Source: Tubiluchus corallicola (taxonomy: Eukaryota > Animalia > Priapulida). From it: DNA of 64,000 nucleotides. The notes under the pieces were generated by a model that was not told where the DNA came from, searched no databases, and saw nothing but the letters and a program-made list of their open reading frames with translations. Positions 48,354-62,084 of this stretch are shown here, piece after piece. The position numbers and the translations under genes are program-made. The stretch's first letter is position 1; the number at the start of each line of letters is the position of its first letter. The stretch covers positions 1-64,000 of the forward strand of contig JAQGDQ010000989.1 in NCBI GenBank assembly GCA_030141605.1, in the 5' to 3' direction.

Positions 48354-51300
48354 GGCGCTATTACACTTTCGCACCTCTTATTTTTTTCTGGCCTATTGTT
48401 TGTTTTCATGCCTGCAGGCCAGAAAGAAGACCAACAGACGTAATATACACCATATTCTCATAATATTATTGGTTTTTAGGCCTTAAAATTCCAGATTAAA
48501 GTCATACATTACTTACTGTCACCAACACGCAAGAATTCTTCAATGAATCACACGTCCAGGGACATGATTTTGCTCACCTCTCTATGCCAGGACTCCCTAC
48601 ACGCTGCAACACCCCAAGTGGATTTATTTCTAAGGATCAATGCTGAAGTGTTTAAATCTTTCTGTGCAAAATCTAGGTATGCTAACATTTGTCCTCCTGC
48701 AGGTTTTTTAGCTGGTTCTATGGCTTGTTGAAGAGCTATCTTCACTGGAACATCATCAGGTAATCTAAGCATATGCCCAATCCATCTTAAATGGCGTCTT
48801 TTTATTTTTCTTGTCCAATGTTTTTCTTTTATTTTTTCATATAGATCTTTGTTTGAAATTTTCTTTGGCCATCTAATACCCAAAAAGTTTCTGTAATTTT
48901 GCCTTTGAAACGCATCGATTTCAGCTTTATGATTTGCTTTTAATGTCCAGAGATCCATTCTGTTCAGTTTCTCCTCTATTGAGTTTCTTATTTCATCTAC
49001 TTTTTCTTTGTTTCTTGTAATCCATGCCACATCATCAGCATACTGCATTCATATCATAGTTGACTTACTTTGTAGAGAGCTGTAACTGTGTTCTTGTCTT
49101 ACTTCATTCGGTATTAATTTAGGATCAAGAATTGTGTAGTTGTGATCTTCTAGTTCTTTCAATGGTATAATTTTGTCCTCAGTGAGAGCTATGGCAAGAT
49201 ATAATGTAAAAAGTACAGGGCTTAGACAGTCACCCTGAGGTACTCCTTTGTTTGTAGGAAGTGGCTGACTCAATTTCCCTTCACACATGACTTGAATTAA
49301 TAGATTTTCTAACATTAAACTTATGATGTATATTTCATCAGGTTCAAGGATTTCTTCCAGACAGCAAAGCAGAGTTTTTTCCGAACACAATCAAAGACAT
49401 ATCGATTATGAGGATATATATTGAGCAATCAGCAGAAGAGATGGCTTTTTCAGTTAGTAAGTTACAGGCTTGTACTAATTCAGTAGTATTCCGTCCTGAT
49501 TGATATGCTGCTTGGCTTGTTGGAATGTAAGTGTGTAACCTGTCATAGATCCTAATCAACATACAGATAGCCAAAATCTTCGTTATTAGTGTAAGCAACA
49601 TCAATGGTCTAAGATTTTCTATAGGACCTCGTTTCTTACCTGGCTTGGGTAAAGGGATAAGTATTCCTTTTTGAATATCCTGTGGAAATGTGCCTGTTTT
49701 GGAAATATTGTTTAGAATTTCAGCAATTTCTGCATATAAATTTTCTGAACCATACTTGACTAACTCAGCATTTAATTAATCAGCGCCCGGTCTTTTGTTG
49801 TTTTTCAATGATTTTGCCGCATGCTTTACTTCATCTTTAGTAAATGGAACTTTCATTGGATAGTGAGTCCTTTTAACCCCAGGTGCATTTTCATCGTTAA
49901 AAATTCGTTGAAAAAATCTGCTATGGCTTCAGTTTGCTGTTCAGCATCAGTAATTAGACCATCATTTCCTTCTACAATTAATTTTTTCTTTGGTTGAAAG
50001 GTCTGCAAAATCCGTATTACTTTAAAATGCGTAGAGTAATCATTTTTTGTTTGCTCAATTTCTTCTGCGATACCAGTCACCTTTTTCTCTTCTATTTGTT
50101 TTAGCTTTTCATGAATTTGCTTTAGAATTTCCTTGCGTTTCTTCTTAAGATCATCAATTTCTGCTAAATTTTTACATTGATGAATTTCATCTTTCAAAAC
50201 TTTCTGATTTGCAGACAAAGCTTCTATCTTATCATCTTTAACTTTTTTATCGTTAAATCTCACATGTCCAAGTATTTCTGCTGCCGAATTTTTTATGTGA
50301 ACTTTGAGTTTTTCCCATTGCAAATTTGTGTTTTCAGATGTCTCACCAGGTGGAGATTTAGTAATGTTCTGCTCTAACTTTAAATTGTATTTTTCTCTAT
50401 AATCTCTATACTTTAGCTTGGCAACATCTAAGTATTTTGTTCTTTGCTTTTTCTGTAGTATCTTTACCCCTTTGACTGAAATCTTTGTCATAACCAGAGT
50501 GATCGGTATCTATGTTTAAGCCAGCGCATGACCTGGAATTTCTTATTAGCGGCATATGCATTTTCCTTACCATAACAAAATCTATTTGATTCCTTATAGG
50601 ATTTCTCCTGGGTTCCCCATTCCATGACTTCTTATTTTTCTGTGTTGATTGCCAGGTAGTTACGTGCGCGTATTTATGTTGGAATACATTGTTAGTGACG
50701 ACCAGATTTTTGGTTACAACAGTTTCAGCTAATCGTAATCCATTTGAATTTGAAATTCCTTTTCCATATTTACCTATATGCTCTGGTAATGAATTATGCA
50801 GTGTTCCAATCTTGGCATTGAAATCTCCACAAACGACTAGCAAATGACTTTTTGGTACTGTACTAATAAAGTTATACAAATCATCATAAAAAGCATCTCT
50901 TAACTTGGGATCCTTTTCACTTTTCACTAGCGTGGGAGCATAGCCATTTACGATTGTAATTTGCTTGTTTTTTATGTGAGTTTTCAGTGCAATAATTCTT
51001 GAATTTACAACAGTATACATGCAATTAAAATCCACCGAATGAACAAAACCCACTCCAGCATGAGCGCTTGTGTCATCTCCATGCAAAAATATTTTATACT
51101 TGTTATCCAAGGAATAATTCTCTGTTGTTTTCACATGAGTTTCTTGTAATGCCAAAAACGCCAATCCATATTTGTCTAGATCTTTTAAAAGATTTGTTTC
51201 CTTCAATTTTGTTCTGAAGCCTTGAACATTAAGTGTTCCAATTCTTATTATATCAGCATTATGATGACCCATGTGTTGTTCGAGCTTCTATTCTACCGCT

Positions 51301-51986
51301 ATAACTAAGCATACAACTACAAAAAGAATCCATGCTGATGCTACCGCAACTACCACTACTACCCGCTTGAATCATTGCAGAGAGCAGGATGCCCAGCCAT
51401 ATAAGCAGGTGAGCATTTAAGACAAAATACTTTAATTTAGTGGCTTGTCAGCACCACTTCCGTTTAACACGCAAGAAGCTCCACGTGAATAACTGTTTTA
51501 CACCACTAATGCACAATCGCTCTCGCGCAGTGCCATTTACGGCCCTTAACCTGTATTTTTAATTTCTTTACATAATTTATGATTATTATGGTTGCAGCCA
51601 AGGGAGTTTGTATCGTATTACAGTGTTCCCTCGCTACTTCAAAAATATTAATGTAAAATATTTACCGCAGTATCTTCGCTGTTTCGCGGGCTTTTGCGGT
51701 ACTCCAGCCAAAGTACTTTTGCACATGCGTAGTACGTATGGTACAGTAATGTATAGGTTTGATGAATTTCGTCACGTGACTACACACAAACATTATGGCG
51801 ATACGAACTGTATAGTGTACAACTGTGAATACAACGTAATTATTGGTAATTATACACTAAATATATGAGTAAATTACCACGAGATTAGCGGAAATATTCA
51901 CTTGTGACGTGAGAATAATGGCCAACGAGCCTAGAAACGAGTAATAACCTAGAAAAAAGTAGGAGGTGCGAAAGTGTAATAGCGCC
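48354..51986. mobile_element. Non-autonomous DNA transposon with 8-bp TSD (Merlin-like), interrupted by an RTE LINE
   Basis: TIR GGCGCTATTACACTTTCGCACCTC (24 bp perfect, ~36 bp imperfect). Perfect TSD CAATGTTT at 48346-48353 and 51987-51994. Superfamily inferred only from the GG termini and 8-bp TSD. Confidence 0.85.
48536..51465 (-). mobile_element. Full-length but decayed RTE-clade non-LTR retrotransposon (APE + RT)
   Basis: APE motifs GTLNVQG, ALQETH, YAPT, GDFNAKIG, NQIDF, DTDH; RT motifs QAAYQSGR, GVPQGDCLSP, QYADD, LRWIGH, split across frameshifted ORFs 50406-51272, 49853-50491, 49344-49604, 49049-49390 and 48548-49048. 12-bp TSD AACACGCAAGAA at 48524-48535 and 51466-51477. Confidence 0.93.
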
Positions 51987-53433
51987 CAATGTTTATCTGA
52001 ATTTCATTCATTTTTATCCACATCCGAACACTCCATCCTTCTGTAATTAAACTGCTCTACATCTTAGCAATTCAATTCCAATATGTCTGCGACTCCGCAG
52101 GCCAGGAGCAAAGCTGCGCCAAAGCAACGCTGAATGTCAACTAGTAATGAAACCTACCGACAGATGACGCAAGCGTACAATGTGCCCGACCTAGACGGCA
52201 GAGGTTTTTATTACTGCTCAGATGCAACGTTGCAATTTAAGCTGCAATAACTTTCCTACAGTTACAATTACACACTCAAGTGTGGCTACCTTTTTGCTTT
52301 CCAGCACGTCACTATGTATTTTTAATGTTTTTAAATGTGTATTTACACCTCAATAAATTCATTTCAAATCAGAGACAGTATGGGAACTGCAACCTGGGTA
52401 TTGTAGTAATTTCTAACTACTATCAAAACGTTAAGCATTGTGCAATTCGCAGCAAAGCGCATCTGATTTTACTTCCACATATATTTTCTGAAAATATCTG
52501 TTTGCACCAATTTGACTTTTTAGAAAGGAAAAGAAATTTTGTTGCAGTTAATACTTAATAAAACAAACTGTTTTGAAGTTTTTTCCTTTTTTGACCTTCA
52601 AAAGATTAATATGGTATGATTACAAACTGATACAAAAATATAAATGCAAATACAGATTTAGAAATTTAAAATTTTATTAATAATAGTACAGTACGAAATG
52701 TAAACGATACCAGCACAAGCAATATTTAAATTTACAAAATCAAAAAAGGAAAAAACTGGAATAATCATCAGTTCACATAGTAATTAAATGATATTGCAAA
52801 ATTAACAATTCATTCCAGAAATTGCTTATAAATATATTAAATATATGATATGTTTTTTTGAACTCTTATATAAAATATTTACACACTAATCTGTGGTTTA
52901 TGTAGAACAACAAGAAAGGAACAAGTCAGACTCTTGCAAATGACAATATGATTTGCTTATTACAAAGCAAATAAAAAACTCTTTACACCACGACAATGTA
53001 ACAAATTCACCTTAAGAGGTTTGCGATATGCAACTTCTGGAATACCATCATAATGAAAAAAATAGTATCACCATTTCACAACTGACGATATTTTGTGAAA
53101 CAAATGCTGCACTGCAAGGTACAACTCTATTGAAAATACCTGGAAAGTTGAAGGAGCTATAATGAGCTATTTACAATAAACAAAGTTTTCATAAACCTTC
53201 CAAGACTAATTACCAGTAACAGATGCAGTTCCCTTGAGCAGCACACAAAGGTTTTGACCACCATCCACATTCAGCACTTGTACAAAATGACCAGGCTCAT
53301 TTGGTCTGAAGTAAACGGGCAATGATATGACGTGCTTTGGGCGAATGGCCACATTGCTATTCTTCGTAAATAAATAAAATGGAGCTCCGGGTACAGTGAT
53401 TACACTACGTAAGCTCATTTCCGAACCAGAACT

Positions 53434-53456
53434 GAGAGAAAGAGGGAGGGAGGGGG

Positions 53457-53537
<81 letters not shown>
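53434..53537. repeat. (GA)n microsatellite
   Basis: Directly visible. Confidence 0.96.
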
Positions 53538-53539
<2 letters not shown>

Positions 53540-54351
53540 GGGGCTCCGAAATGACAGATGCAGTTTTGCAATTAAAAATACGTTAATAACTGCTTTAACA
53601 TTTGTTAGTCTGGCTCTAGATGTAGCTCAGCTAGTCTTAGATTTTTGTGCTTAGATTTTGGTGTGCACTTTAATGATGTGTCCCAGAGAAATGTATTGTT
53701 TACCAAGCAGTGAGTCAAATAAAAAACATATATATTATTTTTTATATCATAAAAAAAACGCTAATTATTTTTAGAAGTAGCAACTACACTGTTTCAGAAA
53801 GTAAAAGTTCACTGTCGAAACACAGGAATTTATTTTTACACAACGGTTTTCTTTTTGTTCTAACAATTACACAAACAAATTTTCCTCATATTAGGCTACT
53901 GCATCACATTAAAATGAGAAATGAAAGAATCTTATGAATTACACCAGCAAGAAATTCTATTGAAGTTTCTTTTCATCTAAGCAATTACTACGAAGCAAAA
54001 AGCACATTCCGATCGCACAAATTGTGGTTCGTAGCTTTTGCTTCATAGCAGCAGAGCACTTTAAATATGGTTTTGTGATGGCAATTGTCAAAAAGATTAC
54101 CAAAGTTACTTTATCTTTTTGCTTTATCATTTCAAATAAAGCTTAGAAGTCGTTTTATAAGTTGGTGAATTTTGATGCTTCTAAACAACTGAATAAAAAA
54201 CGGAAAACGAGAAAATTGCGTAAAAGCACAAAAACACAAACCTCTACTCTTGTTAAGACGGATTCTGCCTGAACGAGAACAGTAGACGAAGCAGGAAGCA
54301 ATGCGGTACTAGACAGCAACGATCTACTGTCCACAGAAAGTTCTCCAACGT

Positions 54352-55489
54352 TTGACGATGATGGTTGGTAGCTGTAATGAGCCAAGTTTACCGTTTTTAT
54401 CAACATTGGCAAGAGATAATGACTTATATGTTTGGATACTGGCTATTGCGGGTGAGAATCGAACGTAAAATTACAGATTCGAATAATTCGGCACATCAAC
54501 CACGTACATTCTTTATCATGCTATCGTGTTCCACGGACAAAAGTCCTATATCAAACGTAAAAGACCAGTATAGAAATGCAATGCCTTCAAACTAATTTCT
54601 AGGCATGTTTTGTACCTGATGCGTTTGCCCCAGAACAGTGAGTGCTTTGTTTGTCTTTAATACTTACGATTATAATTGCACGTCGTTGTATAATGGTTAA
54701 TGTTTTATTTACTTATGATGTTTATAATCCAGAAAACTATGTTCTATGAAGAAAACCATGTAACACTGAAAGTGCCTAGTTTAATCTAATAAACAAGATT
54801 ATTAAACTGAAGGAGGAACTTTTTAATGCCAAAAATTGTGGTAGAGGCCAGCACGAAGTTGCCAACTGCCATAACGCCCAGTCAGGACTGGCTCTCTCGC
54901 TAAGCAGGCACCTAGGGCGCCAAATTCTGGAAATGAGTCCTTAATTTTAGTATAAGTAATAACACAGTTACTGATGCGTTTTCGAGTTCTTGTCCACAGG
55001 CTATATTTCATGCATATCGTTTACCTAATAATAAAGTAAAAAAGCTGGCGGACATTGAACAGCAGCAAAAATTTAACTGAAGTATTTGCAACCAGACCAA
55101 AGTTACATGATGTGTGTGTGATGATACTAGTGAAAGGGATGCCTGTGTTTAGAGGAGTTAGACACAAAAGTCGGTGTTCTGATGAAAAAGCTAAAGGAAA
55201 GCCTAGTCGAGAGCATGTACAATAAACGAAGACTGCGTGGGAGAAAATGTAGAAATGTTACTTGCCATTGAAGACACAGGACGTACATGCAGTGAGGCTA
55301 ATTTCAAATGTAATTGCAGAAAGGTAATTACCTTCAGTTAGTTAGTACACTATAAGATATGTATACGCCTAAAATACAAATACCAATATACTTGTGCCTT
55401 AGTAACATTTACTAAGCAATGCAAAATCAGAATTTTCTTTCGGAAATATCTTGTGGCCCTGAAGAGGGCCGGTTGGTTGTTATTTGAAA
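54352..55489 (+). repeat. H4 downstream flank, paralogous to 29172-30903
   Basis: Colinear similarity including the hAT-type insertion remnant and the stem-loop. Confidence 0.9.
55455..55470 (-). promoter_or_regulatory. Histone mRNA 3' stem-loop (H4)
   Basis: GGCCCTCTTCAGGGCC followed by ACAA and the HDE GAAAGAAAATTCTGATTTTGC. Confidence 0.95.
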
Positions 55490-55497
55490 TAAGGTTT

Positions 55498-55827
<330 letters not shown>

Positions 55828-56281
55828 TTATCAAAAAACTCAGAACAGTCGGAATCAACCACAACTCAAGCTCAAAATGAAACGTTGGTATATATACTCT
55901 ACACTACTCTATAATAACAAGTAATTATGTTGGGCAACACAGCGGTGAGCGAACACAGCAATAGCGCAAGCGTGAACGTACAACTGGTAGTCAGAGACTC
56001 ACGAAGTTCCTAAATACTTTATTATTCCTCTTGCTAACAGCAAGTGGAGCTGCTTTTATTTTCTAACCAATAGTCGTGCCTCTTTTATCTCTCCTTCACT
56101 GACAACCGTTTCTCATTCGCGCGATAATATAAGGAATATGTTCTCCAACCAATCACCTTCATGGCACTACTGAACTGACCACCAATAAGCGTTCTCGTTC
56201 GTGTGAAAATACTTGCAGTAAGTTGTACAGCCAATCACGTCTCAAGATGCGTGCGCGCGTAATTCAGTGGGCACTATATAA

Positions 56282-56785
<504 letters not shown>

Positions 56786-56805
56786 ACTGATCTTTACAAC
56801 ACACC

Positions 56806-56821
56806 GGCCCTTTTCAGGGCC
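56806..56821 (+). promoter_or_regulatory. Histone mRNA 3' stem-loop (H3)
   Basis: GGCCCTTTTCAGGGCC-ACCA, then AAAAGAAATTCTGATTTTGC. Confidence 0.95.
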
Positions 56822-57186
56822 ACCACATTTACCTAAAAGAAAATTCTGATTTTGCTCTTAAAAATATAATTAGTTGCATATTATACATACATATAGTTTC
56901 ATTTTATTCGTCGTTACTGCACAGTAGTTTAGATTTATTTTAATGGCAAATAAAGATTATTATAAGTTACATACGATAACCGTGAGATTTCTACGTAAAA
57001 TATCCACGGCCATTACATGAAATTTGATCCACAGTTAGTTTGTATTCTTCGTGTGATCGGACAAGCTTAAAAATCATCAATACATCACATTATTTCGCAT
57101 ACACGATAAAACTGAATAACAACTTTGTTGAGCAAAGAAAGAAACCAAACTAATGCCTCTACCTATTGGTTGGCATCCTTCTGTCT

Positions 57187-57369
57187 CGGAAGACAATGGA
57201 GTATGCGCCAAGCGAGTCAGTTATTTCACATTGATGGAGCTGCAACGTCGACGGAAGACAATGGAGTGTGTGCCCAAAGAGTCAGTGATGGAGCTGCAGC
57301 GTGGACGGAAGACATACGAGTGTGAACCAAGAGAGTCAGTTATTGATCACAGTGAGCTGCAGCGTCGAC
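57187..57369. repeat. Three diverged 54-65-bp tandem units downstream of the 5S-like unit
   Basis: CGGAAGACA..GAGT..CCAA..GAGTCAGT..GAGCTGCA.CGT.GA three times. Confidence 0.85.
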
Positions 57370-57526
57370 TGTGGCTGAGCAGTGCGAACGTCTCCAGGGC
57401 GCACGCCTGGGCAAGGTGTATGGATATCCTGAGTTGCCCAGTCAACAGGAACCCCCCTCTCTTCCTCCCTGGTGTAGTCGAAAGCGGAGCGATACCTTTG
57501 CCACCAGGAGTCAGTGAGCATGCTGC

Positions 57527-57642
57527 ACTGGGCCGCCTTCGGTACTCCATACCTGATTTGGTATGTACTGACCAGGATCTACGTTGCTGAACTTCGGTGA
57601 TCAGACGAGAACCGGTGTTTCCAACGTGACTTGGCCGTAGTC
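57527..57642 (-). rRNA. Divergent 5S rRNA-like unit (variant, pseudogene, or head of a longer ncRNA)
   Basis: Minus strand GACTACGGCCAAGTCACGTTGGAAACACCGGTTCTCGTCTGATCACCGAAGTTCAGCAACGTAGATCCTGGTCAGTAC matches invertebrate 5S nt 1-78. The 3' third is divergent (box C lost) and no T-run follows. Confidence 0.75.
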
Positions 57643-57706
57643 TCTCTACCATTACGCTACTATCAAAACATCGAATGGCAGGCAGCATGTCATATACCCG
57701 GAGCAC

Positions 57707-58690
57707 CAGGGCCGGATCAGTACCCCCCTGGGCACTGTCAGCTCAGAGGGACCCCTTCCCCAAAATCCACACCCTTAAGGAGGCCACATTTCCACCCAAG
57801 CAACTCGAGTGACCACTAGACACGCTGACTGCACACACATACAGTGTGCTACAGCCAACATCATGAGCATGTACATTACACACCTATTAGTCTAAAGCTG
57901 AATGACTGGTCCAGCTGAGGATGGAGCAAATCTCTGACCAGTTCATTAAACCAAATATTACCATCTCACTCTCAAATACAAGTGACAATGATAAAATGAA
58001 TGAATAAATCCAAAATCACAAACCATCCCACACCAAAGCTCAATCACAGAGTTATAACAACACACCTTGCACTGTCACAGACAATAACAAATGACCCAGA
58101 TCACCCACACTGCTGCCATCAGGATGCACACACAGGACTCTGCTTGATTCAACAAGAGATGTGTCCCCACTACAATCACTCCGACTGGAACCTGTTATAC
58201 AGAACCCCTACAGTGTGTGTGTGATATTTATGTTTTCGGTAGTTTGCATGGTGTATAACCTGATTGTGTGATCTATTATTAATTTCCCTGCTCTCCTCGA
58301 ACATGCAATATATCTGATCACGGATCGGTTACAACACATATACTGCCTTATTCGTTCGCTGAACAACTGGTCTTGGATCGGTAATGTTTTATCGGTCCCG
58401 CCCCGATTTATTTTTAGCCAATTAACAGTGTATTGTGATCTGCTGCCAATCATTGTAGGCAGCCAAACTGTGAAATAATCAAAATGACTTATACGACAGA
58501 CAATCATGAGACCTCATTTATTGTAAACAACTTTTATTTTACTCTGATTGGAGTAGGTGAAGTTGGGCAGGAGTACCGAGTGCTGTAGAAGTGCCAGCCG
58601 CCGTGGCTCGCGTTTAAATTGAGGAAAAAATATATATACCCAATCGCAAAGGGCCCCTGGGCAAATGTCCATATGGTAGATCCGGCCTTG
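57707..58690. mobile_element. hAT-type non-autonomous element in the H3-H2B spacer
   Basis: TIR CAGGGCCGGATC / GATCCGGCCTTG; 8-bp TSD CGGAGCAC/CCGAGCAC; subterminal CCCCTGGGCA at both ends. Confidence 0.85.
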
Positions 58691-59028
58691 CCGAGCACAC
58701 TGTATAAGTTAACAATAAAAACCGTTTCCACGGGATAATGGACGATCATTCTGTATACAAGCAGTACTAAGAGCCGATTGCGGAACATTTTCGAGGCAAA
58801 TGCTGGTTATTTTCAGGACAAATTCTGTTTCAAAATTTAAGATTTTAATATGCAAAAAGTGTTTTATAACTTAAATTCTAATGTCTTACTATAGAATAGA
58901 AAATATTTATAAAATATATAAAAAAATACGTTTGCGTGCGTATAAACGAAGTGCCACGCACGTATCTATATTGTTTATCGTACTGACAGTGTTAGCAAAA
59001 CCAGAATTTTCTTTCGGATAGACGTGGT

Positions 59029-59044
59029 GGCCCTGAAAAGGGCC
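59029..59044 (-). promoter_or_regulatory. Histone mRNA 3' stem-loop (H2B)
   Basis: GGCCCTTTTCAGGGCC-ACCA on minus, then GAAAGAAAATTCTGGTTTTGC. Confidence 0.95.
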
Positions 59045-59077
59045 GGTTGGTTTTATAGGTAGAATATTTCTAGCAGT

Positions 59078-59446
59078 TTACTTGGAGCTGGTGTACTTGG
59101 TCACAGCCTTGGTTCCTTCACTCACAGCGTGCTTAGCCAACTCTCCTGGAAGGAGAAGACGGACAGCAGTCTGGATCTCTCTGCTTGTGATGGTGGAACG
59201 TTTGTTGTAGTGAGCAAGACGAGAAGCTTCTCCAGATATTCTCTCGAACAAATCATTGACGAAACTGTTCATGATGCTCATAGCTTTGCTAGAGATTCCA
59301 GTATCTGGGTGAACTTGCTTCAACACCTTGTAGATGTAAATGCTGTAGCTTTCCTTTCTCTTTCGCCTCTTCTTCTTCTCAGACGTTGGTCTCTTCTGGG
59401 CCTTGCCCGCCTTCTTAGCAGCTTTTCCACTTGGTTTAGGAGGCAT
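59078..59446 (-). CDS. H2B: Histone H2B
   Basis: [27 protein letters not shown]...AVTKYTSSK; intronless; divergent from H2A; TATA at ~59528. Confidence 0.99.
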   Translation of the reverse strand: MPPKPSGKAAKKAGKAQKRPTSEKKKRRKRKESYSIYIYKVLKQVHPDTGISSKAMSIMNSFVNDLFERISGEASRLAHYNKRSTITSREIQTAVRLLLPGELAKHAVSEGTKAVTKYTSSK

Positions 59447-59755
59447 CTTATCTTGAATCTAAAAACAGCGCGCTAATAACTCCGTATAATCAAACGAATG
59501 AATGATTTACCGAGCTACTGCTGCGCTTATATAGGGTGAAGCGGATTGAGTGCGCAAGCTTACCACGCTTGAGCAAACACAACCGCTATATTCGTCACAG
59601 GGTGGTCACAACGAACTTGTCGGTTATTGGTTGTTCGCTGCTACGTGGGTAAAGCCGGCTGCGTCTTTCAATCCAGGGAAGGATATATAAGCTGCTCTTC
59701 GTGATTCCTTGCAGTAATTATTTTTACTTCGAAGTATTCTGGTGTTACGTTATAA

Positions 59756-60139
<384 letters not shown>

Positions 60140-60171
60140 ATACTCCTGTCTTTCTATCAATAAAACCAACC

Positions 60172-60187
60172 GGCCCTTTTCAGGGCC
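60172..60187 (+). promoter_or_regulatory. Histone mRNA 3' stem-loop (H2A)
   Basis: GGCCCTTTTCAGGGCC-ACCA, then GAAACAAAATTCTGATTTTGC. Confidence 0.95.
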
Positions 60188-61171
60188 ACCAAATTTTACC
60201 GAAACAAAATTCTGATTTTGCTGTTTCCATTCGCTCCGTACCTTATTTGTACGACACCTTTTTGGTTTTAAGATTATATTTAATATATATGTACTATTCA
60301 CGTACTAAAGAAACGTAATATTAATGCCCTGTGCACGTGGCTGCAAATGCATGCGGTCCTCCAACTATCACGGTTAGGATAATGCATTTAGGCGCGGAAA
60401 GAGCCCCAACACAAAGGCGGTTACTAAGCACTCCTGTGTCGTTCAAAAATTTACCGTTGCAAGAGAGCGGTAGAATATTCAACGCAGCGAGGATTTTAGA
60501 CCCCTTAGGCGTTCGTTGCATGATGCATCGGGGAGTTTAAGCGCGGCTATTATTGCATACGTACATTTGCCGTGTGATAGTTCAATTCAACTTGTTTGTC
60601 TCTTTTGCACGGTATAACAATGTACAATATTTAGTTGTGCATACTACTGCTATGATAATTGAGACAGGGTGGCTAAAGAACAAGAGGTCACCTAGCACCC
60701 CTATTTATGCAACATTGATTAGTATGGTTAATTGAGTGACACTAGTTGCATGTTTGTGCGAGATTTATTTAACTTGACAAAACAAACAGAAATAATAACC
60801 ATGCATCAAAATATATTGTCAATAAAAGTTGAAGTAACATATGAAATACGCTGGAAAAAAATTAATTACTCGCCTTATAAGGTCACATGCAAATTATAAT
60901 CAAACAGTTCATGAAAATAACAAAGTATAAAGTAATATTAATAGCAACCATGCGTATTGTGTAAAAAATTGATAACAGTGAAATACATTAGGAAAAAATT
61001 AATTACATGTAAAACAAAATCACAAAAAATGAAATTATAATTACAAAAATGTGAACTAAGATGTCAAAATAAACCATGCATCAAAATAATGAAATGTGTC
61101 TCTATGGAGATGGAACATCAAAGTACCTTGAGCACCAGAATTATCAAAAATCCTGCTCCATTGCACTGCTA

Positions 61172-62084
61172 TTTAACTTTGTTATAACTTTTTTGCCCTG
61201 GTAAAAATGACATCGTTATTACAAATGAGAAAAGTGTGGTTGCCTGGTGTCTCCACCTTCAGGCAGTATGAGGTACTTTTTCTCACGAAAGTTTATAATG
61301 CTGTTTGAAAAAATGGCTCCATGGGACTTCTTTGATTCGCAACGCTTACCTAAAGTTGATTACTGATTGTATACTGATTACTATTTAATAAAATATATAT
61401 TTGTTTGATAAATTTAGAAAACTCAATTTTTCGCGTGGCCTATTTGTTGAGTTTTTGGCATGCCACACTTTGTGAGTTTTTACAAGTGTACGAGAGCTAA
61501 TCCAAACAAAAGTGATAAAACAATGGAATATGCCTCCTTCTACTGTACGTATGATACAATATTATCTCTGCAATGGACTGAAGATGAGTAAATCTTACTT
61601 TGATAATGAAAGAAGCCACTAGCAGTGACATAATAATAATTTATTTTAACTTCTGACGCTTTTGTCTTCAGGCATTTCGTCTTGAAAACGAATAATTTTT
61701 TTGATTTCAGATTTTGCATCTTGGAAAATGATTGCTTTCAACTATTATTATTGTTATTATTATATTATTATTATGATGTAATATCGCAATAATATTCTGT
61801 AGTCATGTGATTTCATTTTATGCTTTATTTGTTTACAACACTTCTCTATACTTTAGTCAACTGATTTTTATTATTTTCAAGCTAGCTGATTTTGAAGTAC
61901 GGTAAAAAGTCTACATTTTAACACAATTAATACTACAGAAGCGTTTCGGATAATTATATAATAGATTAAAAACTTAATTAACAGCGGGCGAGCCCAACTA
62001 TTGATGACATCACAAACTAACCTAATTTTCAACAGCAAAAATATTCCACGAGCGCGTTGAACGTGTTTGCAAAAGAGAAAATTG
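61172..62084. mobile_element. Repeat-derived insertion related to the 7137-7743 element
   Basis: 61968-62082 matches 7250-7340; flanked by the similar sequences CACTGCTATT and CAGTGCTATT; interrupts the cyclase remnant. Boundaries approximate. Confidence 0.45.

Noticed and set aside
57527-57642. Canonical functional 5S rRNA gene
   Set aside because: Box C/helix IV is replaced, helix I is imperfect and there is no adjacent T-run terminator; kept as 5S-like only.
57125-57819. Several 60-145-aa ORFs in the H3-H2B spacer
   Set aside because: No recognisable motifs; explained by the GC-rich 5S-like and repeat sequence.
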